From: Haliotis cracherodii
Lineage: Eukaryota
Assembly (NCBI RefSeq): GCF_022045235.1
Contig: NW_027266264.1
Coordinates: 64,108,001-64,172,000 of the forward strand
Direction of reading: 5' to 3'
Length of the DNA stretch: 64,000 nucleotides
A model generated the notes under the pieces. That model saw only the letters and a list, made by a program, of their open reading frames with translations. It made no database searches and was not told the DNA's origin. Shown piece by piece: positions 41,001 through 51,526 of this stretch; positions within the stretch are counted from its first letter, which is position 1; the number at the start of each line of letters is the position of its first letter. A program made the position numbers and the translations under genes.

Positions 41001-44000
41001 CTTCCGAAGACATGCAGCCTGTGAAAACGTTTGTGTTATCTATGTTTGGGGAACTGAATTGAGATTAGTTAAGTTGCGAAGATCGTTCGACCGGAGTCTT
41101 ATGTCATTAGTCAATTCTGTCTATATTAATGCATATATTTCTCCTGACAAACTGAGACCTATTTCTCAGCTCACATATGTAGATCACATCGCATTTACAA
41201 CATGTACACAGGATTCACTGTGTTTGGATGAATTATTTAAATGAGTACCTTCTAGGCATTCTTATCGCACCTTTACTATAGCAGTGACAAACTGACAATA
41301 CCTTCGCCATGTATTCGCGAAACCGATGAAATTAAAATTATCGACTCTGTCATGTTGTATAACAACAATGAATATGCGATGCCTGGTAAAATGACAGCCA
41401 TATTGATATTACTTCTGCTCGAAGTATAACCTTCTGTCTCATTCCATGGACGACCTCCACCCACAGAGATGCAGACATAATCATCTCAAATCAACATAGT
41501 AGAATGAACAATTCATTTTATTAAACACTACCTTTTGGCATTTCAATTCTGATTTGTGTCTTGTTTAATGCTTGGACGACAACCAGAAAGTGAAGGATGA
41601 GTTTCGGGTATCGAAACAGGAGAAACCTGATCAGGTAGAAGCAGAGGAAATGGTTTCATCCCGTGAGAGCTGACAATAAGTCAGATTTTATTGACCTATT
41701 TGCATCACATATAGCTGCTGTCATTACATACAGGCCTCTAAGTCTGGTCTCAGGAGTTGATGGCATTGAAGCTCTTTTCATATGAAGAAGTTCAAGGTGA
41801 ACTTTGTTTGATACAGATGTCTCATCCCTTCCTGTCCAGAAATGGGTTGGGAATGTACTGTGGAGACTTTGTTCTTACGTTGATGTTGTTCTTACGTTTA
41901 ACATGTGCTAGAGTGAGTGAATGAATAGTTTTCCGCTGCTTCCAGCAATAGTATTGCTCTATTACATCAGCCTGTAAATAATCGAGTCCGGAACATGCAA
42001 ACACGTGACTGAAAACATGAACAACGAGTTATACGTCATCGAATACGGTGACATGCTATCAGGACCCCGACCACCTGCTCCATTTGAGTCGTCTCTTGCG
42101 AACACACATCAGTGGTTGGGGACGTATATATTAAACCACGCCCCCTTATCAAAATGGATTATAAACTGCCGGGAAAAGAAGTTACACACTTGAAAACTTT
42201 TGACCAAGGATTATCAAAACTTTACTTGGGTGAAAACATCCACGTAACTTTGCAAACTTAAGTCCAAAACACATCTATGACACCCGTATCACGTATGATC
42301 GAATAACCATTTCTTCTTTTAAAAAAAATATTTTCTGCCACAATCAAACCTGGGCGTATACTTTGTTTTGCCCGGCAGTTTATATAGTCATTATTAACGA
42401 AATACGACTTAGTCACAATAAAAACGAACAAACGCCATTCATAAATAAACGCATGTGTTTCTGTACTATCCTATATATTGATCAGATTACCCATATAACC
42501 GCTGACATGTAACAGAATGACAGATCACACAATACATTATGAACAAATACACACGATGGGGGCAGCATGTTTTAAACAGTATCTAACTTTGCTTACAAAA
42601 TCCTTATAACGAGGTATGTTTGGCTGTGCAACAAGTCATACGAGCTAAATTGACATCGGCAGTGAAGTCGTGCATAAATACATGGATCAATTTCATATTA
42701 ACTCGTCCAAATCAATTCTGATGCAGATGTTGCCCTCATAAAAGTCGATTAAAACAGAAAGGAAACACATAGCGTTCCGGTAAGATCGGAAATTCTATAT
42801 CGGGGAAAGCCTGGGACTATTAGCTCGGGTCGCTTTGCTTGGAAATTTTATAAATACATAATTTGATAGTGTTATTGATATGAGGTATATTCCTGTGCGT
42901 TTATGTAAGGTGAGTCTTGTTTATTTAATGAGGCTATGATTGCATTTTACACCAGAGCAGCTGTGCATGTAGTCACGCAACGATGTATTCACAAGTAGAT
43001 TACAGTGTTCAACTGTGTTTAGAGTAGACTGCATCTATGTACTTATCTATACCAAAACTATTTACGTAAATATTTGTACAAAAACATAATTCAGGTTTTC
43101 TTTCTTGTAAACAAAACGCTAACATAGACATTTAAATTTTGCTTAATAAAAACACTGATCCGTTCTCGCTTATATTTTTTTCTTGAACTTCTCTGGCTTT
43201 GAAGTTCTAAATACAAATGGTGAGGGGTGGTAAAATGGGGTTTAACGCCGCGTTCCAAATGATTGTACTTCTAGTGCTTTAATAGTGCTAGACCGCTGAG
43301 ATAACGTGCACAAGTTTAACATGGCTACCCACTCAGACACCGAACCAACATTCCTTGTTATAAACTTAATCCCGAGCGTCAGGCAAGGTAACAACAAGTA
43401 CTTATAGTGCGATTATAGTGCTAGCCCACTGAGATAACATGCAAAAGTTTAACATGGCTACCACTTTGACACCGAACCAACATTCCTTGTTATAAACTTA
43501 ATCCCGAGCGTCAGGCAAGGTAACAACAAGTACTTATAGTGCGATTATAGTGCTAGCCCACTGAGATAACATGCAAAAGTTTAACATGGCTACCACTTTG
43601 ACACCGAACCAACATTCCTTGTTATAAACTTAATCCCGAGCGTCAGGCAAGGTGACAACAAGTACTCATAGTGCGTTTATAGTGCTAGCCCACTGAGATA
43701 ACATGCAGAAGTTTAACATGGCTACCACTTTGACACCGAACCAACATTCCTTGTTATAAACTTAATCCCGAGCGTCAGGCAAGGTAACAACGTGTACCAT
43801 TTTAACATCTTTTGATAAGACGCGACCAGGGGATCAAACCACCGACCTTCCGCACACCCGGCAGATGCTTTATTCACTCGGCCACAGAGGAATTCGACAC
43901 ACAAATAGGAAAAGGTTGCAAATATATTAGATACATGTATTTTTGTTTGTTTTCTTATGTATTCACGGAAAGTGTGAAACTTCATATGCATGTAAATGCA

Positions 44001-47000
44001 CTGAACAAAGAAGGTCAATGTATTCATATTATTGAAATATTATGTGAAAAACAACATCTTTTGAATGTTAACAATTTGGTTATGCGCAGGACATGTATAC
44101 ATGTAACATGTATCATAGGCAGCAGTCTACAGGAGCGTACATCGTACCACACACACGTAGAAATAGTAGTCACAGAATACTTGTACCCCTTACACCTATG
44201 ATGACCGACCGTGGGTTCTGATACAAGAATCGCCCCAGTTGTGCTTCAATGCAGCACCACGCCAAAGCGGTAAACGTCAAAGATCTGCATCATTGATAGC
44301 TTTTCCCCGACACGAAGATGACAAGCCCTGAGATAACTGAAATTCTTTTCAAAGCAACTTCGCTCGCTAAGACATATCCTCTTTTTGAAATGTACAGAGA
44401 AGATGTGAAAAGCCAAAACATGTTTTGTGTCTTCCTATCCATAAAACTTGCTTAATGAGAAGACCCGAATTGGTATGTGACACCACAGTAGGCGCACACC
44501 AGGCGTTTTCCTGGGGCAATATTCCAACTTTGAAGTTCCTCGCCAGTTACACTATGCAGATGACAGACTGCTTAGATTAACTCTTTCATGTTATAGCATG
44601 CTCTCCCTTTAATAGCTCAGCCTCGAGCTAAACACTTTGTCACGAAAATTAATTTAAGGATCCTCTGATTTGTTAAGTCACTCTGTGAAAAGAGCAATGT
44701 AAGTAATACTGCAAGTAACAGCAACATAACCGTTTCCATGATAATAACAAATCTCTTCTGTAATCAGAGTCCGTTGTACGATTCCGACTTCTAGTACATC
44801 GTTGCATTCTGTTCATGTATTACTATTTATTAGTGATTAAACCAGGTGAAGGTGAAAAGGTGACCGTATCCTGATCCACCTGTCACAAAACATGAAACAA
44901 TATCATACTTTTCAATGATGTAGCTTTCGAATGATTATCAATTTTCGACTATCAAACATCATATTGATTTGCATACCTGTATATAGTATAGCCGCGTCAT
45001 ACCCTGCCTGCTGCTCGACATTAAATGAACTAAGAAATGAGAGGTCCCCTCGGAGTATAATTTGTCTGAGTGGGGTATCCATGAAAAACTGCAAAATATC
45101 TCTGTGGGCTAGCAAAACTGCTTAAAATTAAAACTTTACTGTTTATCGTAATCGTCCTAAATCTCATTAAAGTAGTATTTGAGTAACGACAACAAACTTT
45201 GCTATTGCAAACCACGAATTGGAGTAATTTAACAGATATAGCTGTCCCATAGTTTCTTTCAGACTGACTATGAGCGAAATTTGACAATTTAGATTCAACA
45301 TGGCAGCTTGTCCTTCATTCAAGTATTTTTCTTTTGACTAAGCCGAAATAGTACGAACTACTGACTAAAGGCCCCAAGTTTTACTGACCCCCATCAAGAC
45401 CATCATATATAAGTTCTCTCACGGTAGCAATCCCCGGGATTGTGATGTTGCCGAACTAACAGGGTATTATATCATAATAAGTTGGGGATATGAACAGTAA
45501 CTCGTTATAATTTTGTGTCGCCTTCTCGAAGTAAGGCCATAGCTTACAAAACGGCTCCATCTGTCAATCTAGTGTCCAAAGCTGAATCAATAAAGAGGGA
45601 CAGGCACGTTTTTGTTACACATTATCCTTCTTAGACATCTGGTAACATAATAAAAACTTTCAAAACTGACACTTAAAGTGGAAACATGTCTTAACACGCT
45701 CTAAACATAATAACGTGAGCTGATTAACTGCAATAACCGGCTTATCAAACAAAGAGTACGACACATGAGTGACTGGAGCGCCTGTGTGGGACACCCGTAG
45801 GATTTACGCAGGCTTAGAGATGATCTGAATTAAAATATAACACATGCACAAATGGGCTTACGAACTTATTAATTCAATATACACTCCCCTACAGGAAATA
45901 TGCACCACGATAACAAGACATGACTCTAATCTATTGGGCGGTCCCTTTGTTGGTAGACCAGCGATCGATAGAATTAAGCAGTTGAACCGAGTGAGGAACA
46001 CACGCTGACAGCCGTGGATTCAACAGGTCGCATAGCGTTGCTAGCTCACAGATATTGAGTTACAATCGGATAATGCAAGTAACTTCGTCTTGGCCATGTA
46101 GAAATGTACATAGTATATAATACAAATATTACAAACAGTCACTATTCAAAAAGAAACATATTCCTGCTTTTTCTTTTGTTACAATCAGTGATAACAAGCA
46201 TTATAGCAAGATGTATGCTTTTTACAAACTAACGAAACTTCAATAAAACGTGGATGTTTTTATTCCCAAACTGCAAATTTAGAAATGTATACCTATAAGG
46301 TCAGCGAGATGCAAATCAAAGCGTCAAAACCGTACAGTTTTGAAACTTGTATCCCCAACACATGAAAATAACTCAAACAGGTCTAAGCAAAGAGACACAT
46401 TCAAAGACGCCTTCGCTACACTCAGTGTGCCCTAGGTAGGGGGGAGGAGATTTGTTCTTGTGTGTTCCAGATAACAAAATTATGCACCTTGGAGACTACT
46501 GTTTGTCTAAACTTACATGTTTGCTTCACCTGTGATATAAGGCGATGCTTCCATTAATTCACACATTACCAGAGAAAATGACGAAATAACACGAATCTGT
46601 CGTTAATCCACGGCTTACGTGCAGTGTTACACAGTGGAAAAACAGAAATGCAACAGCAGTAACATCGTAAATATCTGACAGTGTTGCCGACATCCATGCA
46701 AAATTAATACAAAAATGAATCGGTCATTTTTGCATGGATTGGGATTGATTTATGTAGGAAAACATTTGGTGAAAAGATCGCAAAATCGCAAAAAGCACAA
46801 CCACGTGACAGCTTGTCGCCGAAACACACTAACATGACATGCACGTGCACTTGTTGGGCTATAAAAAACTTTGGGTTTTCATTTGCATTCCATCACATTC
46901 TTGCAGCAAGTGAACAGCGAAAACATGTCACGACTGACAAGCCCAACGCAACAACGCCATCGGCTGACTACAAACAGCAGCCAGGTCTTTCCACGTGGCA

Positions 47001-50000
47001 CCAAGCACCATTACAAGACTGTGGAACCGTTGATAGACACACGGGACACCACAGGACCTTCCTAGATCCGGTCGACCACGTATAACAACGTTAATGGTGT
47101 CAAGGTCACGGGGTATGGCCACAACTGCGATCGAGACGATCTTGGATTAGTGCCGAGTGCGGATAGTAGACGTCATGTTTACAAGCGTCGCGGGGAACGT
47201 TATACACGAAACTGCAAACAGAAGTGGACAGATTTGATGGTGGCCGTGTGATGGTGTGGGCAGCCATCTCCTACACTGGTAGGACAGACTTGGTGCAAGT
47301 TCTGGGGGATATAACGGCAAAACGTTACGCGGGTGAGATTCTTCAGCGTCATGTCCTTCCCATTATGCAAAAAGCGAACGTCATTTTCCAACAAGACAAC
47401 GCCCGACCTCACACGGCAAGACTGACAAGAGCCTTTATGAGGTATCACAACACCCAGGTACTGTCATGGCCCTCCATGTCTACAGATTTAAACACAATCG
47501 AACATTTATGGGATGCGCTGGATCAATGACTGCGAGAACGTCACCAACAACCACACAGAACGTCCGACAATTGGCACAAAGTACTGCAGGGGGTGATCAT
47601 TTCCCAGGCCAGTTTTGGTCTCAAATGGTGGTCATACAAGATACTGAGAACAGATGATTTTCATTCTGAAAATCTGGGACCTGGGTCAATGAAAATGTCT
47701 GCCAATTTTGAACAATAAATTACCATTTGTTAATTATCTATATGATAAATTAAATATACTTCCTTTTTTGCAGAGTATACTTCCATTTTCAGGACAAATT
47801 TAATAAATTATTACATCTATAGATAACAGTTAACATGATAACAGAATTAAGATGGAAAAGGTTTTTGTTAAGGATTATGTTTATGTTTTGTATATGTACG
47901 TCTATTTCGAGAAGTTCGTTATATATATGACAAAACTCGATAACAAGTATGGATTTTTATCCATCTGTTGGGGTGTACTGTAATCTACAGGGAACGAGAG
48001 TTAACCACATAAGAAAGACCGTTGTCCCATCAATTTTAACAGAAATCGTACACGAGAGCTGACTCAATATGTTTATTCCAGACATACCCCAGGGCCTTCA
48101 CAGAAGAGACGTATTATTGTACCGAGGTTAATACCCTAAGTAAAGGGCGAGTTTGCAGCCACTAATCCTACAGTGGTGACACAGTAGTGTATTGGGGGAT
48201 TACAAAGAATCAGAGGGCAAAGGAGGTTCAAAATTTATAATAATCTCCAAACAGAACAACAGTCATGGTATCCAACGACAAGTATTGTTCACGTGTTCCA
48301 TGAACACAATTTTCAGTATTCCGACTTCTAATCGCTGTATATCCTTTCATAATACTGAAATGATGTACTTGTTTATATGTTAATGTTTTGTAGTTTTGTT
48401 TTGTTAAAGCTTTCACTTCAGTCCGTCGAACACGCCCTCACTAATTTGATAAAAGTAAAATGCTGATCAATATCTGAATTTCGTTTGTGTAAATGCGTGA
48501 GAAACTAAACAAACTGCCGTGGCAAAGTAAAGTGTACACCCATGTACATCTAATAAATGATGAATCGATAGTGATGTTTTTGAAACGGGTATCAAAGCTG
48601 TGTTTTGGACGCTAAGTTTGCTGTGTCGCCAACAATCTTCAGATAAGTAATGTTTTGATAACGTTTGTAATGTTTTGGTCAAATCCAATAGTCAACTGTG
48701 TACTTTCTTTTTCCCGCCAGTTCATATATTGTTACCAGCCTTTACTAAGTACAGGGTCGTATTGTCAATAGATAATTACAATATACATCCGGTAAACATC
48801 GGATACATCAACATTGCAAAATACCCATCAATAGAAATGATACGAATCCTATTGTACATGCAATCAAAATATGTTTTAAGGCAACAGACACACGCGTTAA
48901 TAATACTCTATCATACGCGTGTTTCTTGTATGAACATATATTTTAATAAAAGTCAATATTTTCCATTGTGTCACCAAATAAGGTAATGTGATATAGACAT
49001 GTGTTCGGGCCGTGATATTCATCAGAGTAACAGCTGGTCCTAGTTGAACACGTGGAGGCTCTACCCTTTAATTGAATCTACAATGAGGCTGACATTTATT
49101 GAATTGAGTTGTGGACAGTATTGTGCAATAATTGCAATGTCTGAAACTTTGTGAACTCGAAAATTAAATAAATAGTATGTAACTACAATTGAGAAATTTA
49201 CATTGTGCTTGCAATAAACAGTGGGCAAAGGAAAGTGTACAACCATGTTTATTCGATAGTGATGTATTTGTTTGGTATAGGTGATATCACATGCATCATA
49301 TCAATGAAAATACCACACCAGGTGATGACACATGGCGTCTCAAGGACCATGGGGATCGCAGTTTCAGAGTGCACAGTAATGAGGAGACCCGTGAAGATCC
49401 GGGGTAGAATAGGTCTTCAGCAACCCATGCTTGCCGTAAAAGGCGACTATGCTTGTCGAGAGAGGCGACTAACGGGATCGGGTGGTCAGACTCGCTGACT
49501 TGGTTGATGCATGTCATCGATCCCAATTCACTAGATTCCCTAATCACTGGATTGTCTGGTCCATTATTTACAGACCGTCGTCATATAGCTGGAATATTGC
49601 TGAGTGCGGCGTTAAACAACAAACAAACAAACAAACAAAAGTAATGAGCAGAGTGAAGTGTGAATTTTCAAGTGTATACTTTCGTTTGCCCGGCAGTGTA
49701 GTACATATGTTTATCCACTGAGGATACCAGCAGATCATTTCTTACTTAGTCAATCATATGTCACTATAATGAGTAGAGTTCCGATTTCCAAAGTAGCCCC
49801 TAGTCCCGTGTCACAGTGAAACCAATGGGAAAGTTTATATTTCAGTATCTCAGGAAGGCCTCGGATAAGTATAAGATTTCCAATAAAGGCTTTCAGTTTA
49901 ACGCATTATACCTTCATAAGCTTGTGGACTGGGTTAGCATTGTGGTTAAAGGGTTGGGTCGTTCACGCTGAATACCGGGGTTCAACGTCCCCCGCGTGGA

Positions 50001-51457
50001 TTGTTTGTATTAATTGATTCACTCATTCTTCCTATTTCAACATCGAATTCGCGGATTAAAGATAACGTAAACAAATCGGTCCTTGCATTAATACAGTTAA
50101 ACATACTATATTTTGTTCACATATTTACTCTTGCACGTGGAATTTCATGTCGATGCAGAATCAACATTTTGGGTAAGACTGGCACGTTGTTTGGTGTGGA
50201 ATATGTATGCAATCCCAGAGGACATATTTGAGTGATTGAGTTTGGTTTAACGCTTTGAACACTACTGCTGAACTAACACTCACTTATTATATATCACGTT
50301 GTATCAGCTTCGTGTGAGAGGAAAGCCCGAATTGATGAAATAATAAACATGTTGCAAAAGGGTTCGAACCTACAATAGGTTCCTGTCACGCCTAAGGGAC
50401 GCAATCTGCATAGCCATTTGATAATGCTTATGAGACTGTGCTCCCAGATGCTGCAAGGTATGATTCAGGAACAAGATGAGACATATGTTACGTCCATGTC
50501 ATCCATATTATCACAGAACATATCTCATAGCAAAGTAAAGACCGACACAAGTAATCAAGCAGAAACGCCTCACTAAAGCGTAACAATTGGATGAAATTAC
50601 AGCAGTTAAAAGTTCCCTATGTCATACAACAGAATCTTCTGAAACCTTTTAATGCAAGGCAATTCTACGTCATGGCATATGCAATATTTCAAAGTTTAAG
50701 GTGAAAGGAAGGTAATTATTAAAACCAAGTGGGATATGTTAGAAGTTTTATCCTTGAACATTGGCAATTACCTTGAATGTCATGGCTTCTGTCAGTGACG
50801 TTGTATTACACATGATGTATTTTATCTGATGAGTAATTAAAGAGCAGACAGTGTGTTGCCTACATAGCGCTCCCGGTGAAACTATTTATAGCTGCAGTTA
50901 AAGAAAAACACCATCTGTGACAGCAAGCCTACAGGGAGCAAGAAGAAAGAGAAATGGATAGGCAACAGTCAACAGCTCTACCTGTGCTCTTTAATATACT
51001 GCAACAGTGCATGTGTTTAAAACAGCTGTCACAGCTCTTGTTGTAAACCCAAGATGGCCAAAACAAATATAAATATAACTCTTATAGTTCTGAAATGGTC
51101 TTGTATTGACAATTGCTTTAGAATGTGTACTTTGTGTTAAGAGGGTTGACGCCATATATTAAGGAACAAACGAAGCCAGGCACCAAGAGGAAATATTACC
51201 CTGGAATGTGATGTGCAGATTTGTAAAAATGGATTGAGTAACCGCTTCCCCACCAGGAGAGGAAGCTATTTTCATAAAGATAACACATCTGTAGGAAGCA
51301 AAAAGACTTCATGTAAATATTACAGAAAAACATATTTGCATATATCAGTTTGGGTTAAATGTAATGATATCTGGTGAGCTAGAACTATTTACTGCTATCG
51401 TGTAGGTGTATATCCTATAACATCAGCAGGTGTAGGTGTATATCCTATAAGATCAGC

Positions 51458-51526
<69 letters not shown>

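Noticed and set aside
43270-43800. Repeat array as CRISPR or a coding repeat
   Set aside because: Head-to-tail 132-bp units inside a SINE, with no spacers.
49386-49490. HDV-like ribozyme assignment for the family C 5' end
   Set aside because: No P3/L3 (YCCNCGY-type) loop followed by P1' and GG could be fitted; reported only as an unclassified structure.
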